Below are positions 10,886 to 20,510 of a stretch of DNA of 64,000 nucleotides, piece after piece; position 1 is the stretch's first letter, and the number at the start of each line of letters is the position of its first letter. The position numbers were made by a program, and so were the translations under genes. Below the pieces are notes generated by a model that was given only the letters and a program-made list of their open reading frames with translations, was not told where the DNA came from and ran no database searches. The stretch comes from Nitrospirota bacterium (GTDB lineage: Bacteria > Nitrospirota > UBA9217), in the NCBI GenBank assembly GCA_963790205.1, contig CAWBNQ010000003.1, positions 320,001 to 384,000 on the forward strand, written 5' to 3'.

Positions 10886-11839
10886 ATGGAAAAACGAAAA
10901 CTCGGAAATTCAGGCATTGAAGTCTACCCCTTGGCCCTGGGCGGCAATGTGTTCGGCTGGACCGTTGATGAGCCGACTGCGTTCAGGCTGCTTGACGCTT
11001 TCGTGGACGCGGGACTGAACCTGATCGACACCGCTGACACCTACTCGCGGTGGGTCGCGGGCAACAAGGGAGGGGAATCGGAAACGATCATTGGAAAGTG
11101 GTTCACGAAGAGCGGCAAGCGCGCCCGGGCCGTGATCGCCACGAAGGTCGGCAGTGAGATGGGTCCGGGGCGGAAAGGGCTTTCGAAGGATTATATTTTG
11201 CGCGCCGTGGAGGATTCGCTTAAGCGCCTGCAGACGGACACCATTGATCTCTACCAGTCGCACCGGGACGACCTCGATACCCCCTTGGAAGAGACGCTGG
11301 AAGCATACGCTCAATTGATCAGGGAGGGCAAGGTGCGCGCAATCGGCGCTTCGAACTACAGCGCTGAACGGCTTTCAGAGGCGCTGCGGATCAGCGGGAA
11401 GCGGGGATATCCCGCCTACCAGAGCCTGCAGCCTCGATATAATCTCTATGATCGCGCTGATTATGAACGGTCGCTCGAGCCGCTCTGCCGGGAAAAGGGG
11501 TTGGGCGTGATTACCTACTATTCGCTGGCAAGCGGTTTTCTCACCGGTAAATACCGGTCGGACCAAGACCTGTCAAAGAGCATCCGCGGCCAGGGAGCAA
11601 AAATATATCTCAATGAACGGGGATTCCGCATCCTCAAGGCACTGGATGAAGTTGCAAAACAACAGCATGCCGTGCCTGCGAGCGTGGCGCTTGCATGGCT
11701 GCTTGCACGCCCGGGCATCACCGCCCCTATTGTCAGCGCCACGAGCCTGGAACAGTTGAACGATTTGACGGCGGCGACAAAACTTGAATTGGATCAGGCT
11801 TCGATCGCATTTTTGAATGAGGCGAGCGCCGGATCGTAA
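10886..11839 (+). CDS. Aldo/keto reductase
   Basis: LALGGNVFG, IDTADTY, IATKVG, IDLYQSH, IGASNY. Confidence 0.92.
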   Translation: MEKRKLGNSGIEVYPLALGGNVFGWTVDEPTAFRLLDAFVDAGLNLIDTADTYSRWVAGNKGGESETIIGKWFTKSGKRARAVIATKVGSEMGPGRKGLSKDYILRAVEDSLKRLQTDTIDLYQSHRDDLDTPLEETLEAYAQLIREGKVRAIGASNYSAERLSEALRISGKRGYPAYQSLQPRYNLYDRADYERSLEPLCREKGLGVITYYSLASGFLTGKYRSDQDLSKSIRGQGAKIYLNERGFRILKALDEVAKQQHAVPASVALAWLLARPGITAPIVSATSLEQLNDLTAATKLELDQASIAFLNEASAGS

Positions 11840-12159
11840 GCGCCACGTTCCGAGAGTCAAAGCACTGCTCCCCTGCAAGGGAAGGACGAGCTCCCGGGAA
11901 ACGTGCCTGGCCGGGCGAGTCCAACCGCAAGGAGCTTCCGGCGATTACAGACCGCACCCAACCTTCTCCTCTCGGGGGAGAAGGTAAAGGAGAGGGACAG
12001 AGCAGGCACAAATCTGAGCGGCGCCGGTATTCGTAGCGCCCCCCGGTATCGCCTATCGGTAATCCGGCGTCCGGTTGCCATTATTCCGCATCAGGCGTTC
12101 AGTATTTGCTATACTGTAAACGTTGCCCATCGTACTTTAAACAGTAAGGAGACAAAGGC

Positions 12160-12444
12160 ATGCTGTCGAAAATACCCCTTCAGCTCGAAAAGGTCAGGAA
12201 AGAGGATGTGGACAAGGAGATCCTTCGGGCCGGGATCATGGCGGAGCTGGATGCCGTCAACCTCTATGAGCAACTGGCCGCGATGACCCGGAAGGAGGAA
12301 ATCCGGAAAATCCTTCTCGATATTGCGCGGGAGGAAAAAACGCACGTGGGGGAATTCCAGGCCCTTCTGCTGAGGGAAGACCCGGAACAGGCGGAAGAAC
12401 TGCGCGCAGGAGAGCGTGAGGTACGCGAGAAAACGGACGGTTGA
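12160..12444 (+). CDS. Small ferritin-like protein (encapsulated ferritin/Flp-like)
   Basis: AELDAVNLYEQ and REEKTHVGEF di-iron motifs; AAGGAG RBS. Confidence 0.8.
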   Translation: MLSKIPLQLEKVRKEDVDKEILRAGIMAELDAVNLYEQLAAMTRKEEIRKILLDIAREEKTHVGEFQALLLREDPEQAEELRAGEREVREKTDG

Positions 12445-12549
12445 CGAGGGACGGCGCGCGGGGCCCTCAACGCGCCCTTCGCGGCCGGCTCCCGTCATCA
12501 TGCCTGCGCTCGGGGGACTGCCCCGCGGTTTTTACCGGTCCCGACCGCG

Positions 12550-13854
12550 CTATTTCCCGCGGGTCGAGGACAGCCTCCCGATCAAGGTGTTCAGAAACAT
12601 CTTGGTAAACTTCAGCTGGCAGAATACCGAGGTTTTTTCGAGCAGCTCGTTGCTGATCTTCAGAGCCGCCACGTCGGTCGCCGATCGGATGCTCACGGTG
12701 CGCGGCCTCTTGGCGACGTACGCCATCTCACCGAAACAATCGCCTGCCTTCAGCGCGGCCATGATGTTCCCGGCCACCAGTACCGAGACCTCCCCCTCGA
12801 TGACCACATAAAAAGATTCATCGAGGTCTCCTTCGCTCAGAATCATCCGGCCGGGAGCATATTCCAGCCATACGCCCGCGTTAACGACCTCCGACAGCTC
12901 GATCTCGAAAAAATCCCTGAAGAACGGCAGTTTCGCGAGCCGGTCAAGTTTTTCCCTCATGCCCACATCGCTTGTCACGACCGCGTGCACGATCTTTTTA
13001 TGGAACGCGTTCAGGTCCACGGCCATGTCCGCGGCGCTCGGATAGCGGTCTTTCACGTCCTTGGCCAGGGCTTTTCTCAGAATCGGCTCAAGAAGATCGG
13101 GCGCGTCGGGCCGGAATTGCCCCAGGGGCGCAGGCTCGTCGTTAATGATCTGCAGGACGAGTTCATCCAGGCCCGGACCCGGGAACGGGCGATGGCCGGT
13201 CAGCATGAAATACATGACCACCCCGAGGGAATAGATATCGGCCTGGTGATTCACCGGTTCCTTCAGCAGCCGTTCCGGGGACAGGTGCATCGGAGTGCCG
13301 AGAATATTTTCCAGGTACAGATGCTCGGTGTCCGGGTGCAGGATCTTCGCAAGGCCGAAATCGGCCAGTTTCACCCGGTCGTCAGGGGTGAGCATGATGT
13401 TGTTGGCCTTGATGTCCAGATGGATGACGTTGCGTGAGTGGGCGTATTGAAGCCCTTTGCAGCACTGATACAGGATCTCGACGGCCTTCGGTATGGGCAG
13501 GAGGTTGTCCTGCTGACAGTATTGCTGCAGGGTCCTGCTGTCCTCGATATATTCCATGACCAGATAGTACCGGTCCCCGTCTTGTCCGGCGTCGTACACG
13601 GGAAGGATGTTCCGGTGGTCCAGCAGCCCGTATATCTGGGCTTCGGTGAAAAAGAGCTCCACGAGCCTCCGCCGGATCCTGTCTTCGGAGAGGGACTTGG
13701 GGTCGGTGACCTTGATGGCCACGTTCCTCTGCATGTAGGGGTCAAAGGCCTTGTAGACCATGCCCATGCTGCCCTGGCCGATTTTACTGATGACATGGAA
13801 TTTTCCTATCTGCGACGGAGACAGCGCTTCGTTACCGGCATTCGCACTCTTCAT
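12550..13854 (-). CDS. Ser/Thr protein kinase with C-terminal cyclic-nucleotide-binding domain
   Basis: GQGSMG, VAIK, HLDIKANN, DFG, SPE; FGEMA...PRT phosphate-binding cassette. Confidence 0.92.
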   Translation of the reverse strand: MKSANAGNEALSPSQIGKFHVISKIGQGSMGMVYKAFDPYMQRNVAIKVTDPKSLSEDRIRRRLVELFFTEAQIYGLLDHRNILPVYDAGQDGDRYYLVMEYIEDSRTLQQYCQQDNLLPIPKAVEILYQCCKGLQYAHSRNVIHLDIKANNIMLTPDDRVKLADFGLAKILHPDTEHLYLENILGTPMHLSPERLLKEPVNHQADIYSLGVVMYFMLTGHRPFPGPGLDELVLQIINDEPAPLGQFRPDAPDLLEPILRKALAKDVKDRYPSAADMAVDLNAFHKKIVHAVVTSDVGMREKLDRLAKLPFFRDFFEIELSEVVNAGVWLEYAPGRMILSEGDLDESFYVVIEGEVSVLVAGNIMAALKAGDCFGEMAYVAKRPRTVSIRSATDVAALKISNELLEKTSVFCQLKFTKMFLNTLIGRLSSTRGK

Positions 13855-14304
13855 CGAATAAACCTTTCAGCACAACGGGACATGATAACGCGCGGACATC
13901 CGCGCGGTCAACAACTAAGAACGCCGGCTGCGCCCGCACGCCGGGTCCCGTATCCGGCGCACGGCATCGGTCAAACGTCGGTCCCTATCCTGTTGCCTCG
14001 CGTCTCGGAAACCCGATTTTCCCTTACAATAAACATATTTGTCTTGATAATTTTCTTTTCAGATGTTATGCTTTTTCCTGCGCTCGAGGGCGATTTCCCT
14101 CAATCCATGGTCATGACGTATGGGAAAAAAGATCATTGAAGGAGGGGCGACTGCTGCAGCGGCGACGTTGCGGCAGATACGTTGCGCCGACCGGAGTAAA
14201 CAGGATCCTGGTCTATTTCTCCGCCATGGCCGGGCAGGAAAGCGGCGGGCTCCCTGCAGTTCATGACTTCATAGAGCGTTTTTCTCCACACCAAGGACGT
14301 GACC

Positions 14305-14895
14305 ATGGCATCCATCGAAACAATACTCAAAGAGCTCCTGACGGATTACGAGAAAAAGGCTTATGAGGCCGCGGAAAAGGCGGCGGACGAACTCATCGCC
14401 GTTCACCCCGATTTTCCCCAAGGGCAGTTCCTGAAGGCCGTCATCCTCGATGAGACCGGGCGGGCCGCCCAGGCGGAACAACATTATGCCAAGGCGGGGA
14501 ACCGGTATACGCTTTGGTCCCGGCTGGCTTTGCAGCTCCACGACATCGATCCCGAGCGGGCCCTCGTCTATTACGAGCGGGTGATCAAGGCGGACCCGGA
14601 GAACAATACGGTGCGGTTCATGCTTGGGTCCCTGTATGAAAAAATGGGCCGGACCGGCGAAGCGCGGTCCTGCTTCCAGGGCCTCCAGCCCGTTCGGGAG
14701 GCCCTGTCGCGGATCCTGATCCCTCTCGGCTTCCTCATCATCATGATCAGCGGGGCCGTCATCATGATCAAACGGGGAGACCGGGCACTCGCCTTCTTCC
14801 TGGTCCTGTCCGCGGGCGTTTGCCTGCTGTGGCTCAAACGGGACGGAGGGAAGGCCGTAAGGATGTGGGTCAAAAAGAAAGAGTACCAGGAATAA
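14305..14895 (+). CDS. TPR-containing protein with two C-terminal TM helices
   Basis: ALVYYERVIKADPEN...LGSLYEKMG TPR pattern; hydrophobic C-terminal hairpin. Confidence 0.75.
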   Translation: MASIETILKELLTDYEKKAYEAAEKAADELIAVHPDFPQGQFLKAVILDETGRAAQAEQHYAKAGNRYTLWSRLALQLHDIDPERALVYYERVIKADPENNTVRFMLGSLYEKMGRTGEARSCFQGLQPVREALSRILIPLGFLIIMISGAVIMIKRGDRALAFFLVLSAGVCLLWLKRDGGKAVRMWVKKKEYQE

Positions 14896-15156
14896 AAAAG
14901 ACGAACTCCGGAAGACAGCTCCCTTCCTCTGTCCTCTCTGTGATAACTATCCTCTCTCATCCTGAACGTCCGACCTTCGTCTGCAATGATACTGCATTGC
15001 CGGATTTGCGCTTCCTTTCATGTAATTAATCTTGCCGTTTCCTAAAAATCTCTGCAAAATCTCTGCTATGCTTTTTATATGAGGAGAAGCTCGAAATTCG
15101 CCTGATGCAACTATAGTTGCCTGTTCGGATTGTTCGGAACAAGAAAGGAGAAAGCC

Positions 15157-16212
15157 ATGCGTTATCGTTTATTCGGAAAAACAGGTCTCTATGTTTCCGA
15201 GCTGTGTCTCGGGACCATGACCTTCGGCGGGAAGGGGTTCTGGGAAGCCATTGGAAAGCTTACCGCGTCCGAGGCCGAGACGCTCATCGGCGTTGCGCTC
15301 GACGCGGGCGTGAATTTCATCGATACCGCGGACGTCTATTCGGAGGGTGAATCGGAGAAGCACGTCGGCGCGGCGCTCGCCTCGCTCGACCGCCCGCGAG
15401 ATCGTATCATCGTCGCGTCCAAGGTCCGCAGTCGCACCGGCCCCGGGCCGAACGATATCGGCCTGTCGCGAAAACATATCCTGTCGTCCCTCGACGCGAG
15501 CCTGCAGCGCCTCAGGCTGGACTACCTGGACCTCTACCAGATCCACGGCGTGGACCTCGACACGCCCATCGAGGAGACCATGCGCGCCCTGGACGACGTG
15601 GTGCGCTCCGGCAAAGTGCGCTACATCGGCTACTGCAACCTGCAGGCCTGGCAGGCGATGAAAGCCATCGCGTACTCGGATACGCACCATCTCACACGTT
15701 TCGTGAGCGCCCAGATGTATTATTCGATCGCCGGCCGCGACATCGAACGCGAAGTCGTGCCGCTGGTCAGGGACCAGGGCCTTGCCGTCCTCCCCTGGAG
15801 CCCGCTTGCGGGAGGATTGCTCTCCGGCAAATTCGACCTGGAGAAGCCGGGGCCCGAGGGAGCGCGGCGGACCTCGTTCGATTTCCCGCCGGTAGATCGG
15901 GAACGCGCGAAGAACGTGCTCAAGATGCTGCGCATTGTTTCCAATGCCATGGGTGTTTCGGTTGCGCGGGTGGCGCTCGCGTGGCTCCTGACGCGCCCCT
16001 TCGTCACCAGTGTCATCATCGGCGCGAAGACCAGAGAGCAGCTCGTCGATAACCTCGCTGCGAGCGATGTGCAGCTTGCTGCGGAGCATATTGCGCAGCT
16101 TGATGCTGCAAGCGCGTTGCCGTCCGAGTATCCGGGCTGGATGGTCGAGAGGCAGGACCGGGACCGGCGGCCGGAGGCTGAGGTTAAGGCCGAGGTCAAG
16201 AAGGCGGCGTAG
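15157..16212 (+). CDS. Aldo/keto reductase
   Basis: LCLGTMTFG, IDTADVY, LDLYQIH, PWSPLAGG; AGGAG RBS. Confidence 0.93.
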   Translation: MRYRLFGKTGLYVSELCLGTMTFGGKGFWEAIGKLTASEAETLIGVALDAGVNFIDTADVYSEGESEKHVGAALASLDRPRDRIIVASKVRSRTGPGPNDIGLSRKHILSSLDASLQRLRLDYLDLYQIHGVDLDTPIEETMRALDDVVRSGKVRYIGYCNLQAWQAMKAIAYSDTHHLTRFVSAQMYYSIAGRDIEREVVPLVRDQGLAVLPWSPLAGGLLSGKFDLEKPGPEGARRTSFDFPPVDRERAKNVLKMLRIVSNAMGVSVARVALAWLLTRPFVTSVIIGAKTREQLVDNLAASDVQLAAEHIAQLDAASALPSEYPGWMVERQDRDRRPEAEVKAEVKKAA

Positions 16213-16300
16213 AATCCGGACAAGCCGGAACCAACTATGCCACGAAGGCCCGAAGAACACACAGAGCTGCATCCATTCGTTGCGTGTTCTTCGAGTCTTA

Positions 16301-16343
16301 GCCTGCACCCAGCGGTTACGAGTGGTAACGCGAGTGCAGGGTG
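16301..16343 (-). repeat. 43-nt palindromic mini-element, copy B
   Basis: Reverse complement reads caccctgcactcgcgttaccactcgtaaccgctgggtgcaggc. Confidence 0.65.
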
Positions 16344-16419
16344 TGACTTTGTGGCTGGCGTTTGGTTTCGGATTTATAGTCTGGGGATGATTTTATTTTG
16401 GCGCCAAGGGGGTACGATC

Positions 16420-17394
16420 ATGAAAGCCATCAAGGTTTCAAACTACGGCGATGCCGATGTTCTGCAGCTCACGGACTCGGAGCTGAAGCCGAGGCCCTCA
16501 GCAGGGCAGGCGCTTGTGAAAATTTACGCGGCAGGCGTGAACTTCGTCGATATTTATCAGCGGCGGGGGACCTATCCGCTGCAACTTCCGTACGTTCCCG
16601 GACTGGAGGCGTCGGGAGTAGTGGAGGAGACCGGCGCAAAGGTCGCCGGAATCCGGCCCGGAGACCGGGTCGCTTATACCGGCCACATCGGGAGCTACAG
16701 CGAGTACGCGGTGATCGATGCGGAAAGGCTGATCAAATTGCCGAAAGCACTGTCCTTTGAACAGGGGGCCGCGTTTCCGCTCCAGGGAATGACCGCGCAC
16801 TACCTTATCCATGATTTCCGCAAGCCGAAAAAAGGGGACACGGTGCTGGTCCATGCCGCGGCAGGGGGAGTGGGGCTCCTTCTGGTGCAATGGGCCAGGC
16901 ATCTCGGAGCCAGGGTCATCGGGACGGTCTCCACCGAGGAGAAGGCGGCTGCGGCAAAAAAAGCAGGCGCCCATCACGTGATACTTTACACAAAACAGGA
17001 TTTTGCGAGCGAGACAAAACGCCTTACGGACGGTCGCGGCGCAGAGCTCATTCTTGACGGAGTTGCGAAGACCACGTTCCCGGGAGACCTCGAGGCCGCG
17101 GCGCTTCGCGGGCACGTGGTGATCTTCGGTTCCGCAAGCGGCCCCGCGGACCCCATCGCGCCCAATTCGCTTATGGCAAAGTCGATCACCCTGTGCGGTG
17201 GAAGCCTGCCGAACTTTACGGCCACGCGCGAAGATCTGGTCCGACGGTCAAAGGACGTCCTGAACGGCGTCAAACAAGGATGGCTGAAGCTCCGGATCGA
17301 CCATGTCCTGCCGCTGGCCGAGGTTGAGAAGGCGCACCGGCTGCTCGAGGGCAGGCAGTCCATCGGCAAGATCGTTTTGAAAGTGGCCGGCTGA
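16420..17394 (+). CDS. qor: NADPH:quinone oxidoreductase (zeta-crystallin/MDR family)
   Basis: GVNFVDIYQRRG, HAAAGGVG, LEGRQSIGKIVL. Confidence 0.9.
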   Translation: MKAIKVSNYGDADVLQLTDSELKPRPSAGQALVKIYAAGVNFVDIYQRRGTYPLQLPYVPGLEASGVVEETGAKVAGIRPGDRVAYTGHIGSYSEYAVIDAERLIKLPKALSFEQGAAFPLQGMTAHYLIHDFRKPKKGDTVLVHAAAGGVGLLLVQWARHLGARVIGTVSTEEKAAAAKKAGAHHVILYTKQDFASETKRLTDGRGAELILDGVAKTTFPGDLEAAALRGHVVIFGSASGPADPIAPNSLMAKSITLCGGSLPNFTATREDLVRRSKDVLNGVKQGWLKLRIDHVLPLAEVEKAHRLLEGRQSIGKIVLKVAG

Positions 17395-17467
17395 AAGCTG
17401 AAAAAGGAGGGAGATAAGGGAAGCAAGACGGTCCGGGCATTGGACGGGGCGGAAAGTCTTCGGGAAA

Positions 17468-18112
17468 CTACTCGTGCAATTCCTTTTGCCGCTCGACTGC
17501 TTCGCGGTACTTTGTTTCATCTCCCGCGGCCTTATAGGCATCCGCAAGGTGTCCCTCTGCTTCAGCCAGCAAATCCGCTCTCTCCTTCGGGAGCGTATCA
17601 ACGGCTTCCTGCAAGGCCGTGACCGCCCCGGCCGCGTTGCCGAGCTTGAGGAGAACGACCCCGAGCGTATCAAGATAATAAGGCCGATGGGCGGGATTGA
17701 GCGTCAGCGCCTCGGAGATCAGTTCTTTTGCCTTGTCCGTATTTTTACCCGACCGCAGGTATACCCATGCCAGATCATTCAAGACGTCGCCGTTCTTGGG
17801 GCCGAGTTTGAGGGCCTTCGTGTATGCCGACTCTGCCCCGGGGTAATCGTTGGTGCGGTACAAAAGGTCCCCCAGAAGAAGGAGAGAGGTGAGGTGCTCC
17901 TTGTCTTTCCTGAGCGCTTCCCGGTATTGTCCGAGGGCGAGATCAAATTTCCCTTGTGACTCGTAGATCCGGCCGAGGTTGTCGTGCTCTTCCGCTGTCA
18001 GAGGGTCGTGAAGCACGATGACGCGCGGCAGGGAGCACGCGGAGAGGAGAAGTGCCGAGGCGATCAAGAGTATGGACGTCCGCTGCCGGATGACGGACCT
18101 TCGGTTTTTCAT
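17468..18112 (-). CDS. TPR lipoprotein
   Basis: Lipobox LSAC; TPR motifs NLGRIYE, NDLAWVY, YLDTLG; ATGA overlap with upstream gene. Confidence 0.85.
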   Translation of the reverse strand: MKNRRSVIRQRTSILLIASALLLSACSLPRVIVLHDPLTAEEHDNLGRIYESQGKFDLALGQYREALRKDKEHLTSLLLLGDLLYRTNDYPGAESAYTKALKLGPKNGDVLNDLAWVYLRSGKNTDKAKELISEALTLNPAHRPYYLDTLGVVLLKLGNAAGAVTALQEAVDTLPKERADLLAEAEGHLADAYKAAGDETKYREAVERQKELHE

Positions 18113-18738
18113 CGTTTGTTCTCCCGGGAAGGTGTTCCGGGCAGGGCGACCAGCATCCAGTTGCCGGCGCGGTCCCATTCCTTCAGGAGCTTCTCATAGC
18201 CGATGACCTTGTTCTCGGTCAATCCGTCATGGGCGATGAACGCCCTGTTCACGTCGTCAAACCCGATCACGGTAATGTAGTGCGGACGCCGGTAGAGAGA
18301 GAACCCCAGGTCGAGGAGGCAGATGACCGGCATGTTCTTGCGGACCAGTGCTTTCAAATCATCAAGGGTACCCGAAGATGAAGACGTCCAGAAACCTGCT
18401 TCACGCATGAAGCGTTCCATGTCCATGGGGAGCGTGCCGCGCAGTTCCGGAAGGTACACCCTGCTTTTGATCTGCTCCACGCTGACCTGTTGTCCCCAGA
18501 ACGAGGCAACGCCGGCGAGCGCGGCCGGGCCGCAGGAGTCTTCTCCCTGGCGATAGAAGGGTACGCCCGCGATATAATGTCCCCGTTCCTCGATGCCGGG
18601 CCGGAGCGCTGAAAAATCTATTTTAGCGCACCCCGGGAAGGACGCGAGCGCCGGCATGGCCAACAGTATGAATAAAACGGCGCTCCCCCGACGGTTTCCC
18701 CGTAGCGAAACTTCCGGCAGAGCAGCCGTCCCCGCCAT
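18109..18738 (-). CDS. C39-like cysteine peptidase (PA2778-like), probable lipoprotein
   Basis: VPFYRQ...CGPAALA, HYITVIGFD, AHDG. Confidence 0.85.
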   Translation of the reverse strand: MAGTAALPEVSLRGNRRGSAVLFILLAMPALASFPGCAKIDFSALRPGIEERGHYIAGVPFYRQGEDSCGPAALAGVASFWGQQVSVEQIKSRVYLPELRGTLPMDMERFMREAGFWTSSSSGTLDDLKALVRKNMPVICLLDLGFSLYRRPHYITVIGFDDVNRAFIAHDGLTENKVIGYEKLLKEWDRAGNWMLVALPGTPSRENKR

Positions 18739-18741
18739 CAG

Positions 18742-19155
18742 CTACTTCACCTCGATACGGCCCTGAAGCAGAAAGACCAGTACCACGACGAGCAATGACA
18801 CGATCACAAGACCGAAGAACAGGCCGACAGCGTCGCCGCCGGCCTGGACCGAGTCCGTGCGGGCCGCGAACTCGTGGAGCTGCCGGTCGGAAAGCCTGTT
18901 CACCCGCATCAGTGCTTCCGACGGCGAAAGTCCGTAATCCATGAGTTTCTGCCGGACGATTTTGGATTCAAGGACAGACCGTACCTTGGCCAGGTCCGCT
19001 GCCCGGTCCACGGACAGGTGCGGCTGGGCGGACGCTTCCTCGCCGGGCGCGGCAGTGATGAACATGGCCCACCCTTGGGCCGGAAGGCTCAGAAGCACCA
19101 TCGCAATTGCCAGATAGCCGGCAAGTACCTTGAAGAGCGTTTTTTTCGGCAGCAT
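18742..19155 (-). CDS. PA2779-family exported protein with AGG motif and C-terminal TM
   Basis: Signal peptide, RVNRLSDRQL, QAGGD followed by hydrophobic anchor. Confidence 0.8.
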   Translation of the reverse strand: MLPKKTLFKVLAGYLAIAMVLLSLPAQGWAMFITAAPGEEASAQPHLSVDRAADLAKVRSVLESKIVRQKLMDYGLSPSEALMRVNRLSDRQLHEFAARTDSVQAGGDAVGLFFGLVIVSLLVVVLVFLLQGRIEVK

Positions 19156-19571
19156 ATGTCTCCTTTCCCGGGTGAAATGCCGCTCTTATATCATAAGTAG
19201 CGAAGGCGGCAATCACTCACAACGTAAATCACTGTGTTCCTGAAAAACCGGATGTTCGTACTCATAGCAATATTTTAGCACAAACGATAACGTGCTCATC
19301 ATAGCGAATAGTTGGAGGAGGGAAGGCCGCAAGCAGGATCACCGGAGAGCACTCTCATCTCTTTCCAGTGGTCTCTCCTTGTTCTCCTGGGAGGATCCGT
19401 AAGTCCTTCTTTCCGGATTTTGCCAAGAACACAATAAGGATACTTCGGATGCTCTCTTTTTGAAAGAGCAGGTTACGTGTATTTTACACCATCAATTCAA
19501 TAAAAAAGCGCTCAGCGCATCATTACGGCCCGGCAAAACGGGATATCTATTCGATGAGGATGCGGTGATCG

Positions 19572-19613
19572 CAGCAAAAAAGGCCCCGGAAGATCCCGGG
19601 GCCTTTTTTGCTG
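19572..19613. terminator. Intrinsic terminator (bidirectional)
   Basis: cagcaaaaaaggccccgg-aagatc-ccggggccttttttgctg hairpin. Confidence 0.85.
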
Positions 19614-19622
19614 ATGCTGTCT

Positions 19623-20165
19623 TTAAAAATAGTACGCCGCGCCGAATTGCATGCTGACATAGCTGTCGGTGACCGGATGGAAGCGGCCGAGCATGAAGAC
19701 GCTGATTTGCGGGTTAAGGTAGAATTCGACACCAGCGCCGGGCGAGATACCGATGTTCACTTGGCTCTTGGATTGCGTATAGGGGAATGGGTAATAGATG
19801 TAATATTCCTTGTAGTCGTTGCTTGTCTCTACCCCGGCCTGGGCGAAGACCTTCAGTTGATCGGAAATCGGGAAATAGTACCGTGCGCTCACCGTGATCG
19901 GAACGCGCGTATAGGACAGGCCGCTGGTGCTGAAATCGTAGTAACCCACATCGATCCGAGCCTGGAGGTTCTTGACGATGCTGTTCAGCATGTATCCGGC
20001 CCCGGCGTTGATGCCGTAGCCGCTGTCGTAAGAGCCCGGAGCCGTACCAAAGGCAAAAGATCCGTCCACTTCAATATCCCCTGTATCCGAGCTCGCGGCG
20101 AAGGCCGCGGCGCCGGTGCTCAATAGTATCAATGCTGTGAGTATTGCAATTGCCGATCTTTTCAT
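19623..20165 (-). CDS. Outer-membrane beta-barrel protein (about 8 strands)
   Basis: Signal peptide, alternating aromatic/Gly strands, C-terminal YYF. Confidence 0.8.
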   Translation of the reverse strand: MKRSAIAILTALILLSTGAAAFAASSDTGDIEVDGSFAFGTAPGSYDSGYGINAGAGYMLNSIVKNLQARIDVGYYDFSTSGLSYTRVPITVSARYYFPISDQLKVFAQAGVETSNDYKEYYIYYPFPYTQSKSQVNIGISPGAGVEFYLNPQISVFMLGRFHPVTDSYVSMQFGAAYYF

Positions 20166-20412
20166 GTTTTTCTCCTTTAGCCGTAGTTGAATATTGATTT
20201 TACGGTGACTTTAACCGACTCATAAAAATATATCATAATCCGGTAAAAATTGTTGGGGGTGAAACAGCGTTTGCAGCCATCGCCTCCTTCCCTGTAGATT
20301 GATACTTTATTCGTCAAGGAATAATTATTTTATACCTGTCAGCGTCCGCGTTGTCAAGGCCCATCTTAATGTACGTGCGGGCCGCCTTTTCCCTCGAATC
20401 ACAAGGTTCGTT

Positions 20413-20441
20413 TTGACACTCGCGAAGTTTTCTCGTATAAT
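20413..20441 (+). promoter_or_regulatory. Sigma70 consensus promoter upstream of groES-like gene
   Basis: TTGACA-N17-TATAAT exact. Confidence 0.75.
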
Positions 20442-20510
20442 GACTATGAAGCGGGTAAACTGCTTTCATAAAGCCATCAAGGTCAGACGAGTTGCCAGAG
20501 GAGGCATGCC

